This document shows, in pieces, positions 29,482 to 39,544 of a stretch of 64,000 nucleotides of DNA. Positions within the stretch are counted from its first letter, which is position 1. Each line of letters starts with the position of its first letter. The notes below the pieces were generated by a model. The model searched no databases and was not told the DNA's origin. It worked only from the letters and a program-made list of their open reading frames with translations. A program made the position numbers and the translations under genes. This stretch comes from Myxococcota bacterium (GTDB lineage: Bacteria > Myxococcota_A > UBA9160 > UBA6930): positions 5,344,001-5,408,000 of the forward strand of contig OZ245002.1 in NCBI GenBank assembly GCA_965223415.1, written 5' to 3'.

Positions 29482-30495
29482 ATGGAGTTCGTCGTCAGCT
29501 TCGACATGCGTTCCCCCTCCTTCGGAGCGCCCCGGGAAGCCCTCTACCGGGCCGCCCTCGACATGGCGGAATGGGCCGACGACCTCGGCTTCAACGTCAT
29601 CAGCCTGGGCGAGCACCACGCCGCGGAGGACGGCTACCTGCCCTCCCCGCTTCCGATGATCTCGGCGATCGCCGCGCGCACCCGGCGCGCCAAGCTCCGG
29701 CCGAACGTGCTGCTCGCGCCCTTCTACGAGCCCATCAAACTGGCCGAGGATCTTTCGGTGATCCAGATCCTCGCCCAGGGCCGGCTGCAGGTCGTGCTCG
29801 GAGCTGGCTATCGCCCCTACGAGTTCGAGATGTTCGGCACGCGGCGCGAGGACCGCAAGCAGCGCTACCTCGACGTCTTCGAGGTGCTGCGGACCGCCTG
29901 GAAAGGAGAGGAGTTCGAGTACGAGGGGCGCAAGGTCCGGATCACGCCCCAGCCGGACGAGCCGCCGCCGCTGCTGCTGGGAGGAGCGCATCCGGCGGTC
30001 GCGCGACGCGCCGCCCGGATTGCGGACGGCTACTTCCCGCCGGGCGGCGAGAACTGGAACGTCTACCGCGACGAGCGGCTCAAGCTGGGCAAGTCCGATC
30101 CCGGCGAGAAGTTCCACGCGCTCGGCCCGATCTTCACCTACGTCACCCGTGACGTCGAGGCGGCCTGGGAGAGGATCCTCCCGCACGCCGTGCATTGCGT
30201 GGAGTCGTACACCGAGTGGACCGTCGAGGCCTACGGCCGCGCCGCCGGACCGTTCGCGGACGGCGTCGATCCGGCGCTGCTTCGCCAGAGCGGCGCCTAC
30301 CAGGTCCTGCCTCCGGAGCAGGCGATCGAGATGATCGAGGGGATGGACGACTGCTCGACGTTCATCCTGTTCCCGCTGCTGGGCGGCCTCGATCCGACCT
30401 TCGCCTGGGAGGGGCTTCGGCGCTTCGAGAAGGAAGTCTGGCCCCACGTCCGTCATCGCGCCGGGGACCTGCCCATTCCTGGCGTCGATGGCTGA
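29482..30495 (+). CDS. LLM class flavin-dependent oxidoreductase
   Basis: GEHH...YLPSP, PIKLAED, GAGYRPYEF. Confidence 0.9.
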   Translation: MEFVVSFDMRSPSFGAPREALYRAALDMAEWADDLGFNVISLGEHHAAEDGYLPSPLPMISAIAARTRRAKLRPNVLLAPFYEPIKLAEDLSVIQILAQGRLQVVLGAGYRPYEFEMFGTRREDRKQRYLDVFEVLRTAWKGEEFEYEGRKVRITPQPDEPPPLLLGGAHPAVARRAARIADGYFPPGGENWNVYRDERLKLGKSDPGEKFHALGPIFTYVTRDVEAAWERILPHAVHCVESYTEWTVEAYGRAAGPFADGVDPALLRQSGAYQVLPPEQAIEMIEGMDDCSTFILFPLLGGLDPTFAWEGLRRFEKEVWPHVRHRAGDLPIPGVDG

Positions 30496-30507
30496 GGAGT
30501 CGCGAAC

Positions 30508-31389
30508 GTGCAGAGCCGAGATCGGGTCGAAACGGCCGGGATCGACCACCTCCACCTGAACGTCCATCGGATCGACGAGGCGATCGGCTTGTTCACTCGC
30601 CTCTTCCAGTGCAAGCACAACGTCCCGCTCTACATCGACTCCGTCGATGGGATGAACTCGATGAACAGCCTGGGAATGGACGTGGTCGCGCCGGCTTCCG
30701 AGGACAGTCGCTACGCGCGCATGATGGAGCGCCTGGGTGGCGAAGGCATCTCGGCCGTGTCGTTCTACGTGGACGACCTGGACGATGCGACCCGCAAGAT
30801 CGAGGCCACGGGCATCCGGAAGGTCAGCGAGATCGGCTATCCGGAGATCGAACGGCAGACGCAGTTCCACGCCCGGGATTGCTTCGGCATGTCCCTCGAG
30901 CTCGTCTACCTCCATCCCGGCGCCACGGAGAAGATGGCGGCCATCCAGGAGAGCCAGGCGAGCCAGAACGACGGCAAGCCGCACATCGAGAGCCTGCCCG
31001 GCGCCGTGCCGACCGGGGGAATCCACCACGTACGCCTGCGGGTCGGGTCGGCCGAGGCCCTGGAGGCGGCCATCGCCCGGTTCGAGAGCTGGTTCGTGTG
31101 CACGTGGCAGCGCGCCCGGGATGGGAGGTCCGCCACCTCTTCCCTCGACGTGCACCTGTGGGTCGGCGACGGCGACCGGGAGGGCATCGACGCGTTCGCG
31201 ATGGCGGTGCCGGAGCTCGAGACGGCGACCCGACGCGCAGACGAGCTCGGGCTGACCCGGATCGAGACGCCGGCCTACCTGGCGAAGATCGAGAACGCCG
31301 TCTGCTACGCGCCGTCCGACTGCTTCGGGCTGAGCCTGGTGCTCGTCGAGAGCGAGGTGCGGCGGAAACATCGACACCACGCCGACTGA
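30508..31389 (+). CDS. VOC (glyoxalase) family protein, tandem domains
   Basis: GIDHLHLNV...GEGISAVSFYVDD...DCFGMSLELV repeated as GIHHVRL...EGIDAFAMAV...DCFGLSLVLV. Confidence 0.8.
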   Translation: MQSRDRVETAGIDHLHLNVHRIDEAIGLFTRLFQCKHNVPLYIDSVDGMNSMNSLGMDVVAPASEDSRYARMMERLGGEGISAVSFYVDDLDDATRKIEATGIRKVSEIGYPEIERQTQFHARDCFGMSLELVYLHPGATEKMAAIQESQASQNDGKPHIESLPGAVPTGGIHHVRLRVGSAEALEAAIARFESWFVCTWQRARDGRSATSSLDVHLWVGDGDREGIDAFAMAVPELETATRRADELGLTRIETPAYLAKIENAVCYAPSDCFGLSLVLVESEVRRKHRHHAD

Positions 31390-31424
31390 GGCGCCAGGCC
31401 CGGGGAGCGTGGCCAATGGCGCGG

Positions 31425-32171
31425 TCAGAAGGCGTAGGAGCCGCCGTTCAGCACCAGGGTCTGCCCCGTGATCCAGGCCGCTTCGTCGGAGGCCAGGAAG
31501 GCCACGGCGCCACCCACGTCGTCCGGCGTCCCCAGGCGTCTCGCAGGAATGGTCGGGATGATGCGCGCCGTGAACTCGTCCGGGACGTTGTCCATCAGGC
31601 CGAGGGAGATCGAGTTGGCGGTGACGCCGTGCGGGCTGACCTCGCGCGCCAGGTGGCGCATGAGATGGGAGGCACCCGCCTTCGCGACCCCGTACACGGA
31701 CACGCCGATGTCGAGGCCGACCCGGCCCGCCTCCGACGAGATCGTCACGATGCGCCCCCAGCCGCGATCGCACATCCCGTCCAGGACGGCCTTCGTGCAA
31801 TGGAGCACCCCGTAGAGGTTCACGCGCAGATAGCGATCCCAGTGCTCGATGGGCATGTCGCGGAACGAGAGCTGATCCACCTCCCGGGTGCCGGCGTTGC
31901 CGGCGTTGTTCACCAGGATGTCGATCCCGCCGCAGCGCGCGTCGAGCTCGGCGACTGCGGTCTGGGTCTGCTTCGCGTCGGTGACGTCGAAGGGCGCTGG
32001 CAGCGCCTCGGCCCCACCGCCCGCGATCTCGGCAGCGGCTGCCTCGGCGCGGCCCGGGTCGACGTCGTTCACGAGGACTCGGGCCCCCGCGCCGGCGAGC
32101 CGCCTTGCAATGCCGAGGCCCATGCCCTGGCCCGCGCCGGTGATGAGAGCCGTTCGGGTCGTCGTCGTCAT
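31425..32171 (-). CDS. SDR family oxidoreductase
   Basis: TGAGQGMG, NNAG, YGVAK, ITGQTLVLNGG. Confidence 0.92.
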   Translation of the reverse strand: MTTTTRTALITGAGQGMGLGIARRLAGAGARVLVNDVDPGRAEAAAAEIAGGGAEALPAPFDVTDAKQTQTAVAELDARCGGIDILVNNAGNAGTREVDQLSFRDMPIEHWDRYLRVNLYGVLHCTKAVLDGMCDRGWGRIVTISSEAGRVGLDIGVSVYGVAKAGASHLMRHLAREVSPHGVTANSISLGLMDNVPDEFTARIIPTIPARRLGTPDDVGGAVAFLASDEAAWITGQTLVLNGGSYAF

Positions 32172-32251
32172 CCGGGTTGCCTCTTCGTCGGGAGGGGCGG
32201 AGCCGCCTGGGTCGGCGTCCATCCGCATGACTCTGCCCGCTCTCCAGAGCG

Positions 32252-32269
32252 ATGTCAACACTGTTGACT
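32252..32269. promoter_or_regulatory. Second GTCAAC-N3-GTTGAC operator
   Basis: ATGTCAACACTGTTGACT, 16/18 identical to 24229-24246, also in a divergent intergenic region. Confidence 0.7.
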
Positions 32270-32371
32270 TGGCGGGCGCGGCGTGCAAAGCTCGGTCCGT
32301 CCTTGGAGAGCGACGTCCCTGTGGAGAAGCCGGGGGATCCCGGCCCACCCGGGCGCCGAGGAGGGAAACGG

Positions 32372-33412
32372 ATGACGTGGAAGGTGATCCAGTGGACGAC
32401 GGGGCACGTCGGACGCGAGGCCGTGAAGGCCATCGTCGCGCACCCCGAGCTCGAGCTGGTGGGCGCCTACGCCTGGAGCCCCGAGAAGGAAGGCAGCGAC
32501 GTGGGCGAGCTGTGCGGGATCGGCCGCCTGGGCGTGAACGCCACGAACGACGTCGAGGCGCTCGTCGCGCTCGGCGCGGACTGTGTCTGCTACACGCCCA
32601 ACCATCCGGACCTGGACGAGATCTGCCGGCTCCTCGAGTCCGGGCTGAACGTCGCCGCGAGCAACGTCACGAACTTCCGCAGCATGGGCGACGCCGCGCG
32701 TGCCCGGGTCGAGAAGGCTGCCGCCGGCGGCGGAGCCAGCGTGTTCGGCACCGGCATCTTCCCCGGCTTCGCCAACTACATCGCCGCCCAGATGGCGACG
32801 GTGAGCCAGGGCTTCCACCGGGTCCGCTTCCTCGAGGCCGTGGACGTCTCGACCTATCACGCCATCCACAACTACGCGAACCTCGGCTGGGGCCAGCCCC
32901 CCGAGCCAAAGTGGGAGGAGGCCAGCCGTCAGGTGCTGGGCTTCTACGACGAGTGTCTCGACGTGATGGCCGGGATGCTGCGCGTGCCCGTCGCGGAGCG
33001 GCGCTTCACCTGCGAGTGGGCGATCACGCCCGACGACCGCGAGTACTTCGGCTTCGCGCTCCAGGCCGGCACGATCGCGGGGCAGAAGTCGACGTGGCAG
33101 GCCTTCGTCGCGGGCGAATCGGAGGCGGTGCTCGAGCTCGACGTGTGCTGGGTGGCGGGCCCCGGCCTCGAACCGGAGTGGCCGATCCACCACGGCTACA
33201 CGATGGAGGTCGAGGGCAACCCGAACGTGCAGACGCGTGTCCGGTTCCATCCGCAGAAGCAGGGGCGCCTCGAGGACTACCTCGACATGTCGAACACGAT
33301 CACGTCGATGCCGGTAGTCGCCGCGATCCCGACGGTCTGCGCCGCGGAGCCGGGCATCCGTACGTACACCGACCTGCCCCTCATCACGGGCCACTACTCA
33401 CCCTCCGCCTGA
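32372..33412 (+). CDS. DapB-like / 2,4-diaminopentanoate (amine) dehydrogenase family protein
   Basis: VIQWTTGHVG, ELELVG, GTGIFPGF, AIPTVCAAEPGIRTY. Confidence 0.82.
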   Translation: MTWKVIQWTTGHVGREAVKAIVAHPELELVGAYAWSPEKEGSDVGELCGIGRLGVNATNDVEALVALGADCVCYTPNHPDLDEICRLLESGLNVAASNVTNFRSMGDAARARVEKAAAGGGASVFGTGIFPGFANYIAAQMATVSQGFHRVRFLEAVDVSTYHAIHNYANLGWGQPPEPKWEEASRQVLGFYDECLDVMAGMLRVPVAERRFTCEWAITPDDREYFGFALQAGTIAGQKSTWQAFVAGESEAVLELDVCWVAGPGLEPEWPIHHGYTMEVEGNPNVQTRVRFHPQKQGRLEDYLDMSNTITSMPVVAAIPTVCAAEPGIRTYTDLPLITGHYSPSA

Positions 33413-33437
33413 GGCACTCGACACCGGAGCCCGGAAC

Positions 33438-35666
33438 ATGCGCGTCCGAACCGTTGCCCTTCGAATCGCGGTCGCCGCTGCCCTCGTGGTCGCGGCCGCG
33501 CTGGCGGCCCTGTACTGGATCGGTGCCGGCGGCCCGGGTGAGCGATGGGAGGAAGGGGCGCCCACTGCCACTCCGCTCGCGGACACGACCATCGACCAAC
33601 GGGACACGCGGCGGGCGTCTGCGGCCCCGGCGGGCGCGGAATCGAAGCAGATCCTCTTCGGCGACCTGCACGTCCACTCGACCTTCTCGCTCGACGCGTT
33701 CGCCATGGCCCTGCCCATCGTCGGCGGAGCGGGGGCTCGGCCGATCTCCGACGCCTGCGACTTCGCCCGCTTCTGCTCCGGGCTCGACTTCTGGAGCATC
33801 AACGACCACGCCATCGGCCTCACCCCCTGGAAGTGGCAGCAGAGCATCGAGGCGATCCGGCAGTGCGACGCGGTCGCCGGCGGGACGAACGACGTCACTC
33901 CCTTCCTCGGCTGGGAGTGGACCCAGGTCGGCATGACCCCCGCGAACCACTACGGGCACAAGAACGTGGTGCTCCGCGGGCTCGCGGACCGGGAGATCCC
34001 GGACCGACCGATCGCAGCGAAGGCGGATCGCGGGCTCGGCGACCAGGGCGCAGGGCGGATCTTCGGCGGACTGCTCGGCGCCATGGTGGCCAAGCAGGAG
34101 GTCTTCGATCTCGTGCGGGCCTTCGACGAGTCGGTGAGCTTCCCGAACTGCCCCTCCGGACTCCCCGTTCGCGAGCAGGTGCCGAACTGCCGGGACATCG
34201 TCGCGACGCCGGCAGAGCTCTTCGCACGACTCGACGACTGGGGCTTCGACTCGATCGTGATTCCCCACGGCACGACCTGGGGCGCCTACACCCCGCCGGG
34301 CGCGAACTGGGAGAAGCAGCTCGTCGGCGACATGCACGATCCCACGCGGCAGACATTGATCGAGGTGTTCTCGGGCCACGGCAACTCGGAGGAGCACCGG
34401 GCCTGGCGCGCCGTCCAGGCCGACGCCGACGGACGCCTCTCGTGCCCGCCGCCTTCCGCGGGCCATCTCTCGGGATGCTGGCGGGCGGGAGAGCTCGTCG
34501 AGGAGCGCTGCGTCGCCGCCGGCGAGAGCGCGGACGAGTGCGGGCAGCGCGTCGCCGAGGCGCGACGACACTTCGTGGAGGCCGGCCTTCCCGGGCACCT
34601 CACGGTCCCCGGCGCCGAGCCCCACGAGTGGCTCGACGCCGATCAGTGCCGCGACTGCTTCCAGCCGGCCTTCCGCTATCGCCCCGGAAGCTCGGCCCAG
34701 GCGATCCTCGCGATTCGCGACTTCGCCGTGGAAGGCGCACCGCGCCGCTTCGACATGGGATTCATCGCCTCGAGCGACAACCACTCCGCGCGCCCGGGAA
34801 CCGGGTACAAGGAGTTCGGCCGAACGGAGATGACCGACGCGCGGAGCATGCACCTCAGTCGCGTCCTCGACCCCGAAGCGCCGTCCACGGAACGCCCGGC
34901 GCACTCGGTCCCCGCCGAGCCGCCCTCGGGTCCCTTCACCCCGGTGGAGGCCGACGCCGAGCGGGGCGCCTCCTTCTTCGGGACGGGCGGCCTCGTAGCC
35001 GTCCACGCCGAGGGACGCGGGCGTGACGCCATCTGGCAGGCCTTCCAGCGGAAGGAGGTCTACGGGACGAGCGGGCCGCAGATCCTGCTCTGGTTCGATC
35101 TCGTGAACGGGCCCGGCGGCGACGGCGCGAGCCTGCCCATGGGCTCCGAGGTCGCCCGGTCGACGGCACCGGCCTTCCGCGTCCGCGCCGCCGGATCCTT
35201 CGAGCAGCGTCCCGGCTGTCCCGACGAATCGCGGGCCGCGCTCGGCCCCGAGCGGATCGCGTCCGTCTGCGGCGGGGAATGCGATCACCCGAGCGACATC
35301 CGCCGTCCGATCACCCGGATCGAGGTCGTCCGCATTCGACCCCAGGACCGGCCCGACGAGCCCCTCGACGCGCTCATCGAGGATCCCTGGCAGGTGTTGC
35401 CGTGCTCCGGCGGAGCCGATGGCTGCGCCGTGGAGTTCATCGACAGGGATTTCGAGGCGGCCTCGCGCGACACCCTCTACTACGTCCGCGCCATCGAGGC
35501 GCCGAGCCTCGCGATCGGCGCCGACGCCCAGGGCTGCCGATACGACGCCAGCGGGCGCTGCGTCGCAGTCGACCCGTGCGGGGACCGGCCGGCCGACGAC
35601 GACTGCCTCGCCGCGACCGAAGAGCGCGCGTGGTCCTCGCCCATCTTCATCGCCTTCGAGGAGTAG
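33438..35666 (+). CDS. DUF3604 domain protein, membrane-anchored or secreted
   Basis: N-terminal hydrophobic segment; FGDLHVHS, LDFWSINDH, ASSDNH, VYGTSGP, ERAWSSPI. Confidence 0.87.
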   Translation: MRVRTVALRIAVAAALVVAAALAALYWIGAGGPGERWEEGAPTATPLADTTIDQRDTRRASAAPAGAESKQILFGDLHVHSTFSLDAFAMALPIVGGAGARPISDACDFARFCSGLDFWSINDHAIGLTPWKWQQSIEAIRQCDAVAGGTNDVTPFLGWEWTQVGMTPANHYGHKNVVLRGLADREIPDRPIAAKADRGLGDQGAGRIFGGLLGAMVAKQEVFDLVRAFDESVSFPNCPSGLPVREQVPNCRDIVATPAELFARLDDWGFDSIVIPHGTTWGAYTPPGANWEKQLVGDMHDPTRQTLIEVFSGHGNSEEHRAWRAVQADADGRLSCPPPSAGHLSGCWRAGELVEERCVAAGESADECGQRVAEARRHFVEAGLPGHLTVPGAEPHEWLDADQCRDCFQPAFRYRPGSSAQAILAIRDFAVEGAPRRFDMGFIASSDNHSARPGTGYKEFGRTEMTDARSMHLSRVLDPEAPSTERPAHSVPAEPPSGPFTPVEADAERGASFFGTGGLVAVHAEGRGRDAIWQAFQRKEVYGTSGPQILLWFDLVNGPGGDGASLPMGSEVARSTAPAFRVRAAGSFEQRPGCPDESRAALGPERIASVCGGECDHPSDIRRPITRIEVVRIRPQDRPDEPLDALIEDPWQVLPCSGGADGCAVEFIDRDFEAASRDTLYYVRAIEAPSLAIGADAQGCRYDASGRCVAVDPCGDRPADDDCLAATEERAWSSPIFIAFEE

Positions 35667-35672
35667 GATCCG

Positions 35673-36518
35673 ATGGAACGCCGGATTGCCTTCGTCAGCG
35701 GCGCGAGCCGCGGAATCGGAGCCGAAGCCGCGGTGGCGCTCGCGCGAGGCGGCTTCCACGTGGTGATCACCGCCCGGACCCTGGACGAGGGCGAGGCTCA
35801 CGACCACGTCGGGAAGGCTTCGGCGCTGCCGGGAAGCCTGCGCGCAACCGCGGCGGCCGTCGAGGCGGAAGGTGCCCGGGCGCTCTGCCTCCGGGCCGAC
35901 ATCCTCGATCCCGGCTCCATTTCGGCCGCAGCCCGGGCCGCGCTCGACGAGTTCGGCGGCATCGACCTCCTCCTGAACAACGCCGCCTATCAGGGGGCCG
36001 GAAACCAGGAGCGCCTCCTGGACGTCAGCGCGGACCAGGTGCGCGCCATCTACCAGGGGAACGTCCTCACGCCCCTGGCGCTGGTCCAGGCCTTCCTCCC
36101 GACCATGCTGGAGCGGAGCGGCGGCACGATCCTCAACATGCTCTCGGCGACCGCGTTCCTCGACCCGCCGGCGCCCGCCGACGAGGGGGGCTGGGGCTTC
36201 GCCTACCCCGCCTCGAAGGCCGCGCTCGGGCGGATGGCCGGCTCCCTGCGCGCGGAGCACCTCGGTGCGCCGTTGCGGGTCTTCAACATCGAGCCGGGCA
36301 TGGTGGTCACCGAGCTCATGAAGGCGCACGGCATCGACGAAGCGGTGCTGAAGCGCTTCAAGCCGACGAGTGCGGCCAGCGTCGGCGCGGTCGTGGCCTG
36401 GCTGGCCGAGAACGACCCCCGCGAGGCGTGGACGCACGAGCCGTGCCTACGGGCGCCAGCGATCGCGAAGGAGCTGGGCCTTCTCGACGTGAAGTCGTTC
36501 CTGGGCGAGCGGACCTAG
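35673..36518 (+). CDS. SDR family oxidoreductase
   Basis: SGASRGIG, NNAA, YPASK. Confidence 0.9.
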   Translation: MERRIAFVSGASRGIGAEAAVALARGGFHVVITARTLDEGEAHDHVGKASALPGSLRATAAAVEAEGARALCLRADILDPGSISAAARAALDEFGGIDLLLNNAAYQGAGNQERLLDVSADQVRAIYQGNVLTPLALVQAFLPTMLERSGGTILNMLSATAFLDPPAPADEGGWGFAYPASKAALGRMAGSLRAEHLGAPLRVFNIEPGMVVTELMKAHGIDEAVLKRFKPTSAASVGAVVAWLAENDPREAWTHEPCLRAPAIAKELGLLDVKSFLGERT

Positions 36519-36799
36519 GAGCTCGGAGCGCCGCCGGGCACGCCCAGGTTGGCGCCACGCCCTGCAGATGCTCGCGAGCCCGCTTCCGCTCAGAGGAGTC
36601 ACTCGCGGCACTCGCACTGGTTCTCGTCGTCTCGGCCTGTGAGGTACGAGCGGAAAGCTCGACCGTTGCGATCTCGCCTGAGAGGGGACGGATCGCCGGA
36701 CGCCACCGGCCAAGGCACCGTATCTGGCACGCCGGGAGGGATGGCTCGCTTCCCGAGGAAGCGCCTCCACGGCCGGCTTTCTCGGGCCGACTCAGTCCG

Positions 36800-37414
36800 C
36801 CGCGCCTTCTGCTGGTAGCGGTCGTGGAGCTCTTCGGTGGTGGCGTCACTCTCCCGGTCATCGACGGGGCCCCGTGGATCCTCTCGATTCGCGATGAGGT
36901 TGAGCATGACGACCGCGCCACGATACGACCCCTCGAACAACTCGCTCCAGCGCTCGGCATACCGGGCATCGGGAACCACTTCCTCGAGGGGCGCCGATGC
37001 GCCCGGATCGATTGACTCGTCGCCCCGGTAGCACCGCAGCCGCAGGTTCAAGAAGTAGAGGAGCTCGGGTGCGCCGGGCGTGACCTCCATGAGGTGGTAG
37101 CGGAGTAGGCTCTCCTCCGCGGCGATCCGCCCGAGGAATGCCTCGTAGTCGGCCGGGCTCTGGAAGTCCACGATCACGACCTCGTCCCAAGCGCCCAGGT
37201 CTTCGCCGGCCATCTGGATCGGCTCGAACCCGGCGAACGCCAGGTCGCCGCTCTCGAAGAGCGGGCTCTCCGGAGCGCGCTCCCAGGAGGCACCCTCCCC
37301 GTACTCCAGGAACACACACGCCGACTGAGCGGGCAGCAGGAGGCTCCGAATCCCGAGTCCGACGAGGACCGCGACGAGCAGCGCGCCAAGAACGCGCGCC
37401 CAGCGCTTGGCCAT
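36800..37414 (-). pseudogene. DUF1330-like protein, apparently 3'-truncated
   Basis: N-terminal TM; WDEVVIV and VVMLNLI...DRY motifs; sequence after RYQQKA loses protein-like character (ORF stop at 36599). Confidence 0.5.
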
Positions 37415-37513
37415 GACGAGACACTCCTTGGGCCGGTCTCGAGCGGTCCGCTCGGTGGAGCTCCCCGAGCGCGCCTCGCATCGAGTGCGGAGGAACGACG
37501 TGGAGATCCGCCG

Positions 37514-37942
37514 CTACGTGTCGCTCGGCGCCCCCTCTTTCGCAGGCTGGATGAACTCGAGCGAGATGCCACACGCGTCCTTGCGGCTCACGAAGGCCAC
37601 CTGGTTGCCGTGGAATTCCTCGAGGGAGGAGAACGCGATGCCGCGCCTCGCGAGTTCCGCCTGCGCGTGGTCCATGTCGTCAACGGAGAAGCAGATCGAA
37701 TCGATCCCCTCTCCGTGCCGCTCGATGACTCGCATCAACGAGCTGTCCGGACCGCCCGGCACCATGACGTCGAAGGTCACGCCACCGACGTCGAAGAAGG
37801 CGCCATCGAAATCACCCCTCGTATTCGCGCCACGGTCGGGACCGGCCGTGGCGCCGAGCACGTCCACCAGCAGGTGCTCGATGCGATCCCTGGAGCGCAC
37901 CCGCAGGTTGATCTTCATGAGCTTGGACACGACATCGGGCAT
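37514..37942 (-). CDS. VOC family protein (methylmalonyl-CoA epimerase-like)
   Basis: IERHGEGIDSICFSVDD...DACGISLEFIQ. Confidence 0.8.
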   Translation of the reverse strand: MPDVVSKLMKINLRVRSRDRIEHLLVDVLGATAGPDRGANTRGDFDGAFFDVGGVTFDVMVPGGPDSSLMRVIERHGEGIDSICFSVDDMDHAQAELARRGIAFSSLEEFHGNQVAFVSRKDACGISLEFIQPAKEGAPSDT

Positions 37943-38129
37943 GTTCCTTCTCCCCGGTGATTCTCGTTTCGCCGCCGGACGATAGCGCGACGGGAGTGCC
38001 AACCGGCTCGGCACGGTTCCTTCCGGGGCGTTCTCCTGCACCATGAGAGTTCAGTGGGCCGGTCCTGGAAGGCCTCACGCCGCTGGTGCAACTTCCGACC
38101 CAATCGATCGTTGACCCAATGGAGCCTCC

Positions 38130-38576
38130 ATGAACAAGCTACTGAAATGGATCGGCGGCATCGTCGGACTCTACGTCGTCTTCGTCGTGATCTTCGAATC
38201 CGTCTACCTCGGCCACTTGCAGCCGAGCTTCGAGGAACGTGGCATCCCGATGCTCGACATCGTCACGAAGGACGAGGCCGGGCAACCCACCAAACGCCGC
38301 CTGGCCCGGCTCGAATCGGCCTCCGGACCGATGTACGTGTCCGCGCACCATTGGACGCGCGGCTGGTACCACGAGCTGGTCGCCCACCCGGAGGTCCGCG
38401 TGGAGTTCGACGGCAAGTCTGCTGACTACGTCGCCGTCGTCATCACCGGGGACGAGTTCGATCGGATCGCCGCCGAATTCCCCCTCCCGCTCTTCATGCA
38501 GTTCCTGATGGGTTTTCCGCCGGGGCGTGAAATCGTGCGCCTCGACCCGGTGTCGAGCGGGGCCCAGCGCCCATGA
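38130..38576 (+). CDS. Nitroreductase/quinone reductase (DDN-like) family protein with N-terminal TM
   Basis: RGWYHELVAHPEVRVE...IVRLDP. Confidence 0.65.
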   Translation: MNKLLKWIGGIVGLYVVFVVIFESVYLGHLQPSFEERGIPMLDIVTKDEAGQPTKRRLARLESASGPMYVSAHHWTRGWYHELVAHPEVRVEFDGKSADYVAVVITGDEFDRIAAEFPLPLFMQFLMGFPPGREIVRLDPVSSGAQRP

Positions 38577-38746
38577 GCACCGAAGCCCTGTCGACCTTCC
38601 CGCCGCAGAAACGCGTCGCGCTCATCGATCCCTTCATCACGCTCTTCGTGGTACCGGCGGGCTACGTGATCCTGGAGGACCTGCGTGGGGCGCGGGGCCG
38701 GGGAGCCGCCGAGGAGGCCGGGATCCCGGCCGAGGAGGCCGCCTAG
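38573..38746 (+). pseudogene. 57-aa chimeric stub ending in an RND-transporter-like C-terminus
   Basis: MSTEALSTFPPQKRVALIDP + FITLFVVPAGYVILEDL, resembling the last TM helix of AcrB-family proteins. Confidence 0.55.
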
Positions 38747-38837
38747 GCCACGCTGTGCCGACCCGCGGGGAGCCCTCTCGACCGCAGTTGCCCCGCGGGG
38801 TCAAGATCGTGACTCAGCTCACCGAAGAAGCTGGGGA

Positions 38838-39386
38838 ATGCCCCCTTTCCCCCTCAGTCCGTTTCGCCAGACCGTCCGCAGGGCGACGCTCGCGTTCGCG
38901 CTGGCCCTGGTGGCCGCGTCTGCCGCCGGCGCCAGTCCGCTGCTGGCCGGGGCCGATCACAGTGGCGAGAACCACGCGAACGAGGTGCACGCCGGAGCGC
39001 ACCTCGACGGCATCATCCTGTCGAGCGCGAACCTCCGGAACACCGACTTCAGCGGCACGAGCTTCCTGGGCGCGTTCTTCCTCTCCGCCCAGCTCCGCGG
39101 AGCCACCTTCGCTGGCGCCGACCTGACGAACGCGAACCTGTCCGGCTCCCAGCTCCGCAACGCGAACTTCACCAACGCGACGCTCGTCGGCGCCGATCTC
39201 TCCGGGACGGCGAATTGGGACCGCGCGACCTGGACCGGTGCGACCTACGACCTCGCGACCCTGTTCCCCGCCGGCATGGACCCGGTCGCCGAAGGCATGA
39301 TCCTCGCCCCCGAGGCCTCGGTCGCTGCCCTGCTGGCGCTCGCGGGCCTCGCGCTCGCGACGCGGCGGCGCTGCCAGCGCGCCTAG
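38838..39386 (+). CDS. Pentapeptide-repeat protein with signal peptide and PEP-CTERM-like tail
   Basis: A(N/D)LxG repeats; C-terminus APEASVAALLALAGLALATRRR. Confidence 0.8.
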   Translation: MPPFPLSPFRQTVRRATLAFALALVAASAAGASPLLAGADHSGENHANEVHAGAHLDGIILSSANLRNTDFSGTSFLGAFFLSAQLRGATFAGADLTNANLSGSQLRNANFTNATLVGADLSGTANWDRATWTGATYDLATLFPAGMDPVAEGMILAPEASVAALLALAGLALATRRRCQRA

Positions 39387-39528
39387 CCCCGTCGATCCGC
39401 GCAGGCGTCGCGGGGAACTGGCGGAGCCTCTTGGATCCCCTCGGGGTGACGATCGTCGGTTAACTCGAATGGGCGCCGGCCTTCGCCCCGCGCCCATCCG
39501 CCTGAACGCTCGCCGTGTGCGCCCTACA

Positions 39529-39544
39529 CCCCAGGTTCGAAGCC
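39529..39544 (-). repeat. 16-bp direct repeat of the tRNA-Arg(TCG) anticodon region (putative att core)
   Basis: CCCCAGGTTCGAAGCC identical to 47960-47975. Confidence 0.6.

Noticed and set aside
26005..36437. Very long minus-strand ORFs (1076, 988 and 1017 aa) and similar ones at 20113-22722 and 16597-18261
   Set aside because: Antisense shadows of recognisable genes; high GC depletes stop codons, and the translations have no family motifs.
38788..38804. Palindrome TTGCCCCGCGGGGTCAA upstream of the pentapeptide gene
   Set aside because: Single, GC-rich and imperfect; plausible by chance at this base composition.
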